Source of the DNA: an uncultured Dictyoglomota bacterium
GTDB taxonomy: Bacteria > Dictyoglomota > Dictyoglomia > Dictyoglomales > Dictyoglomaceae
Assembly (NCBI GenBank): GCA_964654465.1
Contig: CAZZIO010000032.1
Span: 58,908-122,907, forward strand
Length of the DNA stretch: 64,000 nucleotides
Reading direction: 5' to 3'
Positions within the stretch are counted from its first letter, which is position 1. Every line of letters begins with the position of its first letter. The notes beneath the pieces were generated by a model. The model was not told the origin of the DNA. It did no database searches and worked only from the letters and a program-made list of their open reading frames with translations. Made by a program: the position numbers and the translations under genes. Shown in pieces: positions 44,990-55,279 of the stretch.

Positions 44990-45406
44990 TTATTTATCTA
45001 ATCCTAAATCTTTTTTTAAATCTCTAATAACTTCATCTGGCATTGTTTTTGGTGGATATACTCTATTAAATCCTAATTCTTTAAATTTCTTTTCCACTTC
45101 TTCCCAATTTTTTTGGCCTATTCCCAAATTTCCACCTATATACAACAATACATTATCAAGACCTGCCTCTTGTAGTTTTTCCCTGAATCCTCTACAATCA
45201 AGCTCAGCATGTCCATATAAAGATGAAACTAAAATAGCTCTTGCATCAGATTCAATCGCTGCTTTTATGAAATCTTCTTGAGAAGAAAGAACTCCAATAT
45301 TAACCACATCAAAACCTGCAGATCTTAAAGCATAATCCAAAATTCTTAAACCAACCGCATGTACATCCGCCCCTATTACTCCGAGAACCACCGTCCTCTC
45401 ACCCAC
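44990..45406 (-). CDS. glmS: Glutamate mutase sigma (B12-binding) subunit
   Basis: GADVHAVG (DxHxxG), SSLYGH, YIGGNL; GTG at 45406 fits SD GGGGTG (ORF track starts at 45415). Confidence 0.95.
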   Translation of the reverse strand: MGERTVVLGVIGADVHAVGLRILDYALRSAGFDVVNIGVLSSQEDFIKAAIESDARAILVSSLYGHAELDCRGFREKLQEAGLDNVLLYIGGNLGIGQKNWEEVEKKFKELGFNRVYPPKTMPDEVIRDLKKDLGLDK

Positions 45407-45411
45407 TAAAA

Positions 45412-46509
45412 TCACCCCTTAATAAGATTAAATATTAATAGAGATGTATTATAAAGATTATCTAATTTAATTTTCTCCTCCTTAGAATGAGCATTCTCCA
45501 TACCTATCCCCACATTTATAGCCTTTATACCATAAGAATTTAGAATATTAGCATCACTTCCTCCCATAGTATAAGTAAATACTGGATTCTTTCCCATTTT
45601 ATTTAATATGCTCTCTATATACTTTACTAATGTTTCATTAGGATCAATAGAAAAACCTTTGTAAAGACTTTCTTTCTTTAAATCAAAACTTCCCCCTCTA
45701 TCCTTTAATGCCGAAAGTTCTTTTTCCATATTTTGCCATTGTGTACTAAGTTTACTCTTATCTATACTTCTAAACTCACCCTCCAGATAAACTTCCTCTG
45801 GAACTATATTTGTAGCTCTTCCACCTTTTATAATACCAACATTAGAGGTTACATCTTTTTCTATTCTTCCCCATTTAAGTTTCAATAAAAACTCAGAAGC
45901 AAGAAGAATAGCATTTATTCCTTTCTCAGGAGAGGTACCTGCATGGGAGGCTTTACCAAATATCTTTAAATAAAACCTATCATGATATGGGGCACTAAGT
46001 ATTAACGTACCAACATCACCTTCTCCATCTAAGACATATCCCTCTTTTGCGTGTAAAAGTGAAAGATCCACGTTTTTAGCCCCTAAAAGTCCGATCTCTT
46101 CACTAACAGTAAAAAGAAATTCTACTTTTCTATTTTTAATATTATTTTCTTTTATTGCAGTTATAGCCTCTATTATAGCTGCTATTGCAGCTTTATCATC
46201 AGCCCCCAAAATAGTGTTTTTGTCACTAACTATGTAATCACCTTCAATCTTTGGATTTATATTTTCACCGGGATCTACTGTATCCATATGAGCGGATATT
46301 AAAAAAGGTTCTCCTTCACCATCCATAATTGCTATTAAATTCCCTGAACTCCCACCTATTTTTTCACCTGCAAAGTCCTCATAAACTTCCAAACCTAATG
46401 CTTTTAACCTACTCTTTAAAAATTGAGAAAACTCTTTTTCCTTAAGAGAAGGGGAAGGTATTTTGATTATTTGAAAAAAAGTATTAATGAGTCTTTCTTT
46501 ACTTAGCAA
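45412..46509 (-). CDS. M20-family peptidase T-like metallopeptidase
   Basis: [30 protein letters not shown]-terminal HSKEE. Confidence 0.9.
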   Translation of the reverse strand: MLSKERLINTFFQIIKIPSPSLKEKEFSQFLKSRLKALGLEVYEDFAGEKIGGSSGNLIAIMDGEGEPFLISAHMDTVDPGENINPKIEGDYIVSDKNTILGADDKAAIAAIIEAITAIKENNIKNRKVEFLFTVSEEIGLLGAKNVDLSLLHAKEGYVLDGEGDVGTLILSAPYHDRFYLKIFGKASHAGTSPEKGINAILLASEFLLKLKWGRIEKDVTSNVGIIKGGRATNIVPEEVYLEGEFRSIDKSKLSTQWQNMEKELSALKDRGGSFDLKKESLYKGFSIDPNETLVKYIESILNKMGKNPVFTYTMGGSDANILNSYGIKAINVGIGMENAHSKEEKIKLDNLYNTSLLIFNLIKG

Positions 46510-47299
46510 TCATTTCACTCCTTTCAATTTCAACCTGCTCTACTTTCCATCCTACGTTAAGCAATTTATTTAATATTCTTTCAAATCCCACAGAATCACC
46601 TGTGGTATATACTTTTACAATAGGATTGGCCAAATCCTCTTTTGACAAAATTCTTAATATCTCTTGGGATGGATCTATAATTGGAATTTGGGGATATAGT
46701 CTTTCTATAACAGGTTTGATAAAAGGTAAATGAGTACATCCTAAAACTAATCCATCAATATCTTTATCAATTAAAGGATCTATACATTTTTTAAGCTCGT
46801 TTATTATTATTTCACCATCTATTATCCCATTTTCAATAGTTTCCAAAAGAGGGCCTTCACTACAAGATTTTACATATACTTCTATATCTTGGGATACAAA
46901 CTTATTTATTAAAGTAGGATAAATTTTACTTTCTTTTGTTCTACGGGTTGCAAGAACGCCCATTTTTTTCCAATTTGTATTTTTTATTCCGTCAATAGCA
47001 CTTAATATAATACTATATATCTTTATATTATAATCTTTAAACTTATCGAGTAAATAATCATAAGCAACAGCTGATGCAGTATTACATGCAATTATAATTT
47101 CTCCAATATCCAATCTTGTAAAAAACTCCACGATTTCTGATACTCTTTCCTGAATAAATTCTACCTTCTTAATACCATAGGGGAAATATTTTGTATCTCC
47201 TAAAAAATAAACTTCATCGTAAATTTTTCTTTCAACAACTTCTTTAAGAACAGAGAGACCACCGACACCAGAATCTAAGATACCAATCTTCTTACTCAT
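46499..47299 (-). CDS. murI: Glutamate racemase
   Basis: DSGVGGLSV, PYG, ACNTAS and LGCTH catalytic cysteines. Confidence 0.95.
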   Translation of the reverse strand: MSKKIGILDSGVGGLSVLKEVVERKIYDEVYFLGDTKYFPYGIKKVEFIQERVSEIVEFFTRLDIGEIIIACNTASAVAYDYLLDKFKDYNIKIYSIILSAIDGIKNTNWKKMGVLATRRTKESKIYPTLINKFVSQDIEVYVKSCSEGPLLETIENGIIDGEIIINELKKCIDPLIDKDIDGLVLGCTHLPFIKPVIERLYPQIPIIDPSQEILRILSKEDLANPIVKVYTTGDSVGFERILNKLLNVGWKVEQVEIERSEMIAK

Positions 47300-48974
47300 T
47301 TTTTACTTCTCCCTTTCTATATAATTCTATAGCTTCAATAATCTTTTCTATAAGTCTATCCTGATATTCATCTCTTAACAATAATTTTCTATCCTCATCG
47401 TTGGTTAGAAAACCCATTTCTATAATTACAGATGGTATAGGAACTCTGGAAAGTACATAGAACCTTCCTTTTATACTTCTTCTAACAAGAAACCCACTAC
47501 TGTTGAAAATATTGAAAAGCATATTAACTAATCTCTCTGATAAATCAGTAGCATAACAAATCTCAATACCTCTAACATCATTGGAAAAAGCTGCATTTGA
47601 ATGAATACTAATAAACAAAGCAGATGTGATAAGATTATTATTCAAGTTTATAGAAGAATTAACAATTTTTACACGATCATCCAAGGAAATATTAGAATCA
47701 TCACTACGTGTTAGAATAACATTGTAACCTTTCTGTCTGAGGGTTTCGGCAAGTTTAAGTGAGACTTTCAAATTAATATCTTTTTCTTTAATATCTCCAT
47801 ATATAGCACCAGGATCAGTACCTCCATGTCCTGGATCAATAAAAATAGTAAAATCATTATTTTCTAATTTATTTTCCTCTGAACTTAGCGCTTCCTTTCT
47901 AAAAGATATTTTTAGTGCATTTTCCCCTATTTCTTCCGCAGTTTGAATTGAATCTGTATATGTCTCAAAAACTAATCTCATAATCTTTTTACCTTCATCT
48001 CTTAAACCAAATCTTAAAATCTTAACAGGATATACATTTATGGTTAACTCTTGAGAAGTCAAAGAAAAAGTCGAACCTATGAAATCATAATAAATTCTTG
48101 GAGGATCATATAAAATCTTTTTTTCCTGAAAGGTATAAGTTCCAAGAAAAGTAAGAAAAAAATCTACACTATCCTTTTCCTCTTTCCATTTTAAATCTGT
48201 TAATACCGATTGAACATTAGTATTTTGTTTTTGGGTTTTCTCTTCTGTTATATCATTTCCCAAAAATCTGACATAAATATTACCATCATTTAGTTTAATA
48301 TCATAATTAGGGATTTTATCTTTAAATTCTATTACAACTCTAACAATATAAGGAGCTACATTAAATTGGGAAAAACGAATATTTTTAATATTAGCATCTT
48401 TAGGTATAATTTCTCCTTTGTTGTTTATATAAACTGTATTTAAAAGGTCAATCACAAGGCGAGAAGGATTTTGCAATACTAAAGTTTTTACTTCAACAGG
48501 GGATTCTGCTTTAAAAGCTATAGATAGTAAATTTTTAGAATATTTTATTTCTAAAACTTCATGAACAATAAAAATAGTATTCTCTTTTAGATAGATTCTA
48601 TACCCCAATAATCTAAAAAAAGATGACAAAGGAAAATATATAACATCTTCTCTTATAATAGGATATAAAAGGGTAGTTTCTTTCTTATTTATTATGCACT
48701 TTTTATCTCCAATGTTTGCGGAAAAAACCTCTTTTTTTTCTCGATAAAGAACTACCTTATTATTTTCTTGGGAAAAATCATATTTAAAGGTTGATGCAAA
48801 CAAGGGTAAAGGCATATATATTTCTGAATCTTTTATTTTCAAAACAGTAAGAATTTTAGTTTTCTCGCCCAAAAAATTTATTTCAAGAGAAGAGGGTTCT
48901 TCTCCCAAAATTATTGCTGAAAGATGAATACTAAAAAACAAAAAAAATAAAATATATATGCTTACTTTCTTCAA
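47292..48974 (-). CDS. N-acetylmuramoyl-L-alanine amidase with AMIN domains
   Basis: Signal peptide, two AMIN-like repeats (NPSRLVIDL, DPPRIYYDF), Amidase_3 IDPGHGG..EKDINL..SIHSNA..IEMGFLTN. Confidence 0.92.
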   Translation of the reverse strand: MKKVSIYILFFLFFSIHLSAIILGEEPSSLEINFLGEKTKILTVLKIKDSEIYMPLPLFASTFKYDFSQENNKVVLYREKKEVFSANIGDKKCIINKKETTLLYPIIREDVIYFPLSSFFRLLGYRIYLKENTIFIVHEVLEIKYSKNLLSIAFKAESPVEVKTLVLQNPSRLVIDLLNTVYINNKGEIIPKDANIKNIRFSQFNVAPYIVRVVIEFKDKIPNYDIKLNDGNIYVRFLGNDITEEKTQKQNTNVQSVLTDLKWKEEKDSVDFFLTFLGTYTFQEKKILYDPPRIYYDFIGSTFSLTSQELTINVYPVKILRFGLRDEGKKIMRLVFETYTDSIQTAEEIGENALKISFRKEALSSEENKLENNDFTIFIDPGHGGTDPGAIYGDIKEKDINLKVSLKLAETLRQKGYNVILTRSDDSNISLDDRVKIVNSSINLNNNLITSALFISIHSNAAFSNDVRGIEICYATDLSERLVNMLFNIFNSSGFLVRRSIKGRFYVLSRVPIPSVIIEMGFLTNDEDRKLLLRDEYQDRLIEKIIEAIELYRKGEVKNE

Positions 48975-49016
48975 CTTTGTTAACTCCTCAATTCATTATG
49001 GTTACTTTAATAATTT

Positions 49017-49368
49017 TGGTGGAGGCGGCGGGAGTCGAACCCGCGTCCAGAGAGCAAGAACCAAAAGCCTCTACAAGCTTAGCGGGAGTTTTAAGATTTT
49101 CGGCCCTTACAGACTCCCTCCCGCAGGATTCTGTAAGCGCCTATCCCCTATTATCTTACCCTCCCTTACGGGAATCAGGAGGGGCAGCTGGCTAACTATG
49201 ACACTCTTCTAACCCTGCCAGCCCGGGTTAGAAGAGCGTAGCTGCTAAATTAAGCAGCTAATGCTAAATTTGTGTTGGCACTTCTTTTTTGCCGTTGTTT
49301 TACGAGGCAACGGCACCTCGGCTTGCAGCTTTTGATCCTTGTACTCCCTGTCGAAACCAATCGCCCCC
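49017..49368 (-). ncRNA. ssrA: tmRNA, tag peptide ANTNLALAA
   Basis: 5' GGGGGCGATTGGTTTCGAC, 3' GGGTTCGACTCCCGCCGCCTCCACCA; tag frame GCC AAC ACA AAT TTA GCA TTA GCT GCT TAA at 49279-49250; adjacent to smpB. Confidence 0.97.
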
Positions 49369-49369
49369 A

Positions 49370-49831
49370 CTAATACTTCATCTTATATAATCTTTCTAGT
49401 TCTCTTCTTTCAGCTTTTTCTGCCAAATCTTTTCTTTTATCGTACAACTTTTTACCTTTTGCTAATCCTAACTCTACTTTTGCCCAACCACGTTCATTAA
49501 AGTATATAGATAAAGGAATTAATGTCAAGCCCTTTTCTTTAACTTTACCTACAAGATAAGCAATCTCATCCTTATTCAGCAATAACTTTCTTGGTCGCTT
49601 AGGATCATGGTTATATATATTACCATGCTCGTAAGGGCTTATGTGAAGATTATAAATCCAAACCTCACCGTTTTTAACATCAGCATAACTATCTTGCATA
49701 CTTACTTTACCACTTCTTAGAGACTTTACTTCAGTACCTGTCAAGGAAATACCAGCCTCAAAAGTCTCTAAGATAAAATAATCATGCTTCGCTTTTCTAT
49801 TTACTGCTACAATCTTTTTTTCCTTTGCCAT
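49370..49831 (-). CDS. smpB: SsrA-binding protein
   Basis: [37 protein letters not shown]. Confidence 0.98.
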   Translation of the reverse strand: MAKEKKIVAVNRKAKHDYFILETFEAGISLTGTEVKSLRSGKVSMQDSYADVKNGEVWIYNLHISPYEHGNIYNHDPKRPRKLLLNKDEIAYLVGKVKEKGLTLIPLSIYFNERGWAKVELGLAKGKKLYDKRKDLAEKAERRELERLYKMKY

Positions 49832-49842
49832 TTTCTATATAA

Positions 49843-49872
49843 ATTATATCAAATTTTACTCCGAATATCCAA
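49843..49872 (-). promoter_or_regulatory. Probable promoter of smpB-ssrA
   Basis: Minus strand TTGGAT, 18 nt, TATAAT with TGn extension; -10 ends 11 nt before the ATG. Confidence 0.55.
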
Positions 49873-50845
49873 AGGGGTGATTTTTCATCCAATTCCATGC
49901 AGATAAAATCATGGTTTCTAAATCTGGAAAATCAGGTTGCCATTGTAATTCTTTTTTAATCTTATCAGAGCTTGCTATAAGCACTGCCGGATCCCCAGGT
50001 CTTCTTGGTGCCTCTTTTATTGGAATTTTTTCACCTACAACTTTTTCAGCAGTTTTTATAACTTCCCTGACAGAATATCCTTTTGAATTACCAAGATTAA
50101 AAACCTCAGAATTCCTTTCATTTAATAAAGCTTCTAAAGCCAAAATGTGTGCCTTCGAAAGATCGGATACATGTATATAATCCCTAATGCATGTACCATC
50201 AGGGGTCGGATAATCTGTACCATATATTTCTACATATTCTCTTTGCTTTAAGGCTGTTTTTAAGACTATAGGTATTAAATGTGTTTCAGGTCTATGATCC
50301 TCTCCTAATTCTCCCTCCATATCTGCACCAGCAGCATTAAAATATCGAAGAGAAATATACTTAATCCCAAAAAGCTTATCATACCAATTTAATATTTCTT
50401 CAAACATCAATTTCGAAGATCCATAAACATTAGTAGGATTTTTAGGGTGTTCTTCTGGAATTGGAATAATTTTAGGTTCGCCATATACAGCTGCAGTCGA
50501 AGAAAAAATAAAATATTTAACTCCAAAATCTTTCATCGATTCTAAAATGTTCAATCCACCTAATATATTATTTTCGTAATATTTAGCAGGATTTTGCATA
50601 GACTCTCCTACAGTACTCAAAGCTGCAAAATGCATAACTGCATCAATTTTATACTTATTAAAAACTTCTTTTACCTTTTCTTTATTTTTTAAATCTATAT
50701 TCTCAAAATATTTAGACAATATGGCTTTTTTATGCCCTTTCTCTAAATTATCCAAAACCAAAACTTCATATCCCTTTTTAAGAAGATCTTTAACTACATG
50801 ACTTCCTATATATCCTGCGCCACCAGTTACTAGTATATATCCCAT
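49856..50845 (-). CDS. galE: UDP-glucose 4-epimerase
   Basis: GGAGYIGSH, FSSTAAVYG, YGSSK, LRYFNAAGA, DGTCIRDYIHV. Confidence 0.96.
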   Translation of the reverse strand: MGYILVTGGAGYIGSHVVKDLLKKGYEVLVLDNLEKGHKKAILSKYFENIDLKNKEKVKEVFNKYKIDAVMHFAALSTVGESMQNPAKYYENNILGGLNILESMKDFGVKYFIFSSTAAVYGEPKIIPIPEEHPKNPTNVYGSSKLMFEEILNWYDKLFGIKYISLRYFNAAGADMEGELGEDHRPETHLIPIVLKTALKQREYVEIYGTDYPTPDGTCIRDYIHVSDLSKAHILALEALLNERNSEVFNLGNSKGYSVREVIKTAEKVVGEKIPIKEAPRRPGDPAVLIASSDKIKKELQWQPDFPDLETMILSAWNWMKNHPFGYSE

Positions 50846-50860
50846 TATGATAGTCCTCCT

Positions 50861-51964
50861 TCAATTTATGAAAAATTCTCTGATTGATTCAATAATATAA
50901 TCTACTTCCTCATTGGTAAGCTCTGGCCACATCGGTAATGCAATAACTTCTTTACTTGCTTTTTCAGCCTCAGGAAAATCTCCCTCTCTATAACCTAAAT
51001 CCTTATAACATTCTTGTAGATGAAGAGGTAAAGGATAATATATAGCAGTACCAATACCTTTATTAGCGAGATACTCCTGTAATTCATCTCTATTTTTAGT
51101 TCTTATCACGTATTGATGGAATACATGTTTCACATATGGCTTTACTTCAGGTACTTTAATATCTAAATCTTTTAGACCCTCCGAATAGATCTTCGCAATT
51201 TCTATTCTTCTCTCAATCCAATGATCTAAATACTTCAATTTTATCCTAAGAATAGCAGCCTGTATTTCATCTAATCTACTATTATGACCTATTAATTCAT
51301 GATAATATTTTTTCCTACTTCCATGTACTCTAAGTAGCTTTATCTTTTCATACAATTTTTCATCATTAGTTGTAATTAAACCACCATCACCATAAGCACC
51401 TAAATTTTTCGTAGGGAAAAAACTAAAACATCCAGTATTCCCAATACTTCCAGCTCGCTTACCTTTATACTCCGCTCCTATAGCTTGACAAGCATCCTCT
51501 ATAACATAAAGATTATATTTCTCAGCAAGATATTCAATATCATCCATCTCTGCCATCTGTCCAAAAAGATGTACAGGAATAATAGCTTTTGTCTTTGGGG
51601 TTATTGCATCTTCTATCTTATTAGGATCTATATTAAAAGTTTTAGAATCTATATCTACAAAAACTGGTTTTGCTTTTAATAGAGAAATTATCTCTGAAGT
51701 AGCAAAAAAAGTAAAAGGAGTTGTTATAACTTCATCTCCTTCTCCAATACCCAAGGCTTCTAAAGACAATAAAAGGGCATCAGTACCTGAAGCAACTCCT
51801 ACTGCGTATTTTGTACCACAATAATCTGCAAGTCCTTTCTCAAGAAGTTCCACATTCTCACCTAATATAAATTGCCCCTTTGCCATTACTTCTTCTAAAA
51901 CAGGCAATAACTCAGAAGATAGTTTTTTATATTGTCTCTTCAAATCAAAAGCTGGAATATTCAT
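50861..51964 (-). CDS. DegT/DnrJ/EryC1/StrS nucleotide-sugar aminotransferase
   Basis: SGTDAL, EDACQA, SFFPTKNLGAYGDGG (PLP Lys), NSRLDEIQAA. Confidence 0.94.
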   Translation of the reverse strand: MNIPAFDLKRQYKKLSSELLPVLEEVMAKGQFILGENVELLEKGLADYCGTKYAVGVASGTDALLLSLEALGIGEGDEVITTPFTFFATSEIISLLKAKPVFVDIDSKTFNIDPNKIEDAITPKTKAIIPVHLFGQMAEMDDIEYLAEKYNLYVIEDACQAIGAEYKGKRAGSIGNTGCFSFFPTKNLGAYGDGGLITTNDEKLYEKIKLLRVHGSRKKYYHELIGHNSRLDEIQAAILRIKLKYLDHWIERRIEIAKIYSEGLKDLDIKVPEVKPYVKHVFHQYVIRTKNRDELQEYLANKGIGTAIYYPLPLHLQECYKDLGYREGDFPEAEKASKEVIALPMWPELTNEEVDYIIESIREFFIN

Positions 51965-53355
51965 TATTTACCTCCCAATTTACTCCATTCTCTTTTAAAT
52001 CCTTCCCAAAAATTGAGGAAAAAAGCAAGAAAGATACCTAAAAATACGCTACTTATTCCTGCTATAAGCACATTAAGAACGGTAGAAGGTTTTGATTTTT
52101 TTATGGGTGGCTTTGCAGGATCAAGAACTGATATGTTAACCATCTCCTTAGTCTCGTCTATTTTTGCTTGTTCATATTGGGACAAAAGCATGGTATAAAT
52201 GGTTTCTTGTACCTTTACATCCCTTAATAATTTTGTTAATCGCAAACCTAATTCTGGTAGATTAGAAAGTTTTCTTTGATATTCTTCTAAAATTCTACTC
52301 AGCGCTTTTTCTTTTGCTTCATTACTTAAAATATTAATCTGAAGGCTAAACAGATCATAAAGGGAAGTATCATTTATGGCTTTATATATTCTCTCTAATT
52401 CATCTCTCAAAAGTTTCTTTGTTTGCTCTATTGCATATTTCATTGAAACTACCTTGGGGTGATTTTCCCCATAATCAATAGTAAGCATAGCTAATTCTGA
52501 TTCTTGAGAAATAAGTTTATTTCTTAGATCAGAAAGAATAGTTGATGTGGCTGTAAGAGAAGTAATAGCAAGTAAATCTTTTTTTTGTAATTTTTGCTGT
52601 TTTATAAGCTCATTTTTAAGATTTTCAAGACTTTCCTTTGCTACATTTAAAGATACCAAAGTTATCTGTCTTTCACCTTCCAGCTTTGCCAAATTATCAA
52701 TAACAGTCTTTGCCTCCTCATTCACATCAAAAATAAGATTTTTTTCTTGAAATTCTCTTAAGCGATTTTCAGCCATCTCAAGCTCTTTCTTAACCCTCTC
52801 TATTTGCTTCTCTAAAAATTCTCTTGTTCTCTTCGCTGAATATATATTAAGAGATGCATTTATCTTCTCTAAGGCTTCTATATAAGTATTTGCTATGTCC
52901 GATGCGAGTTTTGGATCCTTGGCTTCTGCAGTTATGGTTATAGTATTTTCTTTATCATTAGTTGTGATTTTAACGCTTTTCATCAATTTTTCTAAAGCAT
53001 CTTCTTTAGTTTTCTCTTTAAAATAATTTTCTAAATTTAATTTATCAAAAACATATTCTGCGGCTGTTCTACTTTTTAAAATGGCCACCAAATTAGCTGA
53101 AGGTGTTGTAGGAAAACCAATACCAAGAGAAAATGGAAGACTTTGAGCCAAAGCTGCTAAGGAAGAACTACTAGTATTTTGAGTAGGAAGGAGTATAACA
53201 GCTTTAGATTCATAAATTTTAGGAGAAAGTAAACTATAAAGAAGAGCTATAATAGTTGATATTAAAAATAAAGATATTACGAGCTTTTTTCTTTGCCAAA
53301 CAACAAAAAAAAGCTCTACTAAGCTTATTTCGTCATCATATCTTGTTTCATTCAT
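51964..53355 (-). CDS. Wzz/GumC-like polysaccharide co-polymerase (no fused kinase domain)
   Basis: DEISLVEL..W, N-terminal TM, long coiled coil with YGENHP, C-terminal DPA.PP...SKP plus TM. Confidence 0.88.
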   Translation of the reverse strand: MNETRYDDEISLVELFFVVWQRKKLVISLFLISTIIALLYSLLSPKIYESKAVILLPTQNTSSSSLAALAQSLPFSLGIGFPTTPSANLVAILKSRTAAEYVFDKLNLENYFKEKTKEDALEKLMKSVKITTNDKENTITITAEAKDPKLASDIANTYIEALEKINASLNIYSAKRTREFLEKQIERVKKELEMAENRLREFQEKNLIFDVNEEAKTVIDNLAKLEGERQITLVSLNVAKESLENLKNELIKQQKLQKKDLLAITSLTATSTILSDLRNKLISQESELAMLTIDYGENHPKVVSMKYAIEQTKKLLRDELERIYKAINDTSLYDLFSLQINILSNEAKEKALSRILEEYQRKLSNLPELGLRLTKLLRDVKVQETIYTMLLSQYEQAKIDETKEMVNISVLDPAKPPIKKSKPSTVLNVLIAGISSVFLGIFLAFFLNFWEGFKREWSKLGGK

Positions 53356-53373
53356 TACCCTTCCCCCTTATTC

Positions 53374-54147
53374 TCAAACATAGAATAAAGTTCCCTCTTC
53401 ATAATTCCAAACTTTTGAGAAATCATCTCCTCCCCATATTTGTACCTTTTCTACTCCATTTTTAACAGCAAATAAAGAAGATTCAATCTTAGGAATCATT
53501 CCTCCAGTTACCTTTCCATTTTTTATCAGTTCTAAAGCCTTATCTACATTAAGAGATTTTATAACTATTTCTTTACCATCTTCTTTGATCATAACTCCTG
53601 GAACATCAGTACAGAAAATAAGCCTATTAACTCTAAGAAAAACTCCTAAGGATAATGCTGCAGTGTCAGCATTTATATTGTAAGAATTTCCCTCGTTATC
53701 CACCCCTATAGATGATATTACAATCACATATCTCTTTTCTAACAAAGCATTAATAGGTTCCAATTCCACATTAATAACCTCTCCTACAAAACCAAGATCA
53801 ATATCATCAATATATAATTTTTTACAATAAAAAATAGACTTACCATTGATCCCAACAGCCTTTATATTTTCTTTTTTCATTTGGGATAAAACCTTTCCTT
53901 GTATATCTCCAGATAGGACCATCTCTACAATTTTTAGTGTTTCCTCATCTGTAACTCTTCTTCCTTTTATAAATTTGGGCTCCAATCCAAATTTCTCCAT
54001 CCAAAAATTAATTTCTTTTCCTCCACCGTGAACCAAAACAAAATTTTCTCCCTTTTCATGCAAATTTTTTATCTCTTTTAAAAAAAGGTGTAGCTTATTT
54101 AAAAGATTTCCACCTATTTTTATTAAGTTAATATTTTTCTTATCCAC
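53374..54147 (-). CDS. argB: Acetylglutamate kinase
   Basis: IKIGG, VHGGG, GRRVTD, YNINADTAA, TDVPGV, GGMIPK. Confidence 0.92.
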   Translation of the reverse strand: MDKKNINLIKIGGNLLNKLHLFLKEIKNLHEKGENFVLVHGGGKEINFWMEKFGLEPKFIKGRRVTDEETLKIVEMVLSGDIQGKVLSQMKKENIKAVGINGKSIFYCKKLYIDDIDLGFVGEVINVELEPINALLEKRYVIVISSIGVDNEGNSYNINADTAALSLGVFLRVNRLIFCTDVPGVMIKEDGKEIVIKSLNVDKALELIKNGKVTGGMIPKIESSLFAVKNGVEKVQIWGGDDFSKVWNYEEGTLFYV

Positions 54148-54727
54148 GGGTTAACTTTAACAAAACCTCCTGAGATATAGCTTTCAATGTTTCCATTACT
54201 CCCTTTCCTTCTATTGCAACCGCCTCAAAATATTTATATTTACCTTCAGGATTTAGCTTCTCATTTAACTCTTCAACGCTTACTATATCAGGCAAATCTC
54301 TTTTGTTATATTGGAAAATAAATGGTAAATTATTAAACTCATAACCAACAGCTGCCAACTCCCTTTTTAATGCTTCAAAAATTCTAACATTCTCTTCCAA
54401 TCTGCTTCTCTGAGAATCCACTACAAAAACTAACCCGTCCACTCCCCTTAAAATTAGTTTTCTACTTGCCTCATATAAAGCTTGACCTGGGGTTGTATAC
54501 AATTGGAATCTCAATTTAAAACCTTGAACTGTTCCTAAATCTAAAGGAAGAAAGTCAAAAAATAGAGTTCTTTCTGTTTCTGTAGCTAAAGAAACTAATT
54601 CTCCTCTCCTATCAGGAGAAACCATTTTGTATATTTGTTGTAAATTTACAGTCTTACCACTTAAACCGGGACCACAATAAACAATCTTACAAGTAATCTC
54701 TTTTGCAGCATAATTTAAAACAGCCAT
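54140..54727 (-). CDS. mglA: MglA-family small Ras-like GTPase
   Basis: KIVYCGPGLSGKT, TERTLFFDF (intrinsic Arg finger), LYTTPGQ, FVVDSQ, QYNKRDLP. Confidence 0.93.
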   Translation of the reverse strand: MAVLNYAAKEITCKIVYCGPGLSGKTVNLQQIYKMVSPDRRGELVSLATETERTLFFDFLPLDLGTVQGFKLRFQLYTTPGQALYEASRKLILRGVDGLVFVVDSQRSRLEENVRIFEALKRELAAVGYEFNNLPFIFQYNKRDLPDIVSVEELNEKLNPEGKYKYFEAVAIEGKGVMETLKAISQEVLLKLTRG

Positions 54728-54752
54728 AAACTTTCACCTTTTCTAAAAATTT

Positions 54753-55235
54753 TTACTTTTTAAAGAAATCTTCTATATCATTAAAATTGAATTCAGCTTT
54801 TGGAATATCTTTCTGTTTTTCCTTAATTTTCTTGATTATTTTAGCTAAATTTTCGCAAGCTTTTTGTGCAAAAAGTCTTACCATTCCTAATGTAGTAGAA
54901 TCATCAAAAATAACTAAGAGCAATACTTGTTTTTCAATATGGGATATATGCAGATGGTTTCTTTTACCTTGATGGAATATTAAAGAAAACTCTTCTTCTC
55001 CAAGAAGTTTTGCCAGTTCTTGAGTCGCAGAGAAAGCTCCTGCAGCCAAGGCAGATATAGTTACAAAATCAAACTGAGAAGCAGTTCCTCTACCACCAAT
55101 AACAGTACCACTTTTATCTATCAATAGAGCAGCCTTAGCTTTTGATTCCGATAAAAATTGTCCCAAATAACGCTCAATCTCCTCCTGGTCCTCCAATGAT
55201 ATAACTAAAGATAATATCTGTTCTCTTTCATCCAT
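54753..55235 (-). CDS. mglB: MglB-like roadblock/LC7 GTPase-activating protein
   Basis: ALLIDKSG, ALAAGAFSAT..LAKLLGEEEF..FHQG, TLGMVRL; directly upstream of mglA. Confidence 0.9.
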   Translation of the reverse strand: MDEREQILSLVISLEDQEEIERYLGQFLSESKAKAALLIDKSGTVIGGRGTASQFDFVTISALAAGAFSATQELAKLLGEEEFSLIFHQGKRNHLHISHIEKQVLLLVIFDDSTTLGMVRLFAQKACENLAKIIKKIKEKQKDIPKAEFNFNDIEDFFKK

Positions 55236-55279
55236 TTAGAACCCTCCTTAGATATTACTTAATTAAAACTTTTACAAAA

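Noticed and set aside
48975-49020. tmRNA 3' end as the integration site for the glutamate mutase block
   Set aside because: No integrase, no duplicated tmRNA 3' fragment seen, and housekeeping amidase-murI genes follow directly.
48958-49212. Two short plus-strand ORFs (84 and 72 aa)
   Set aside because: They are the reverse complement of the tmRNA 3' half.
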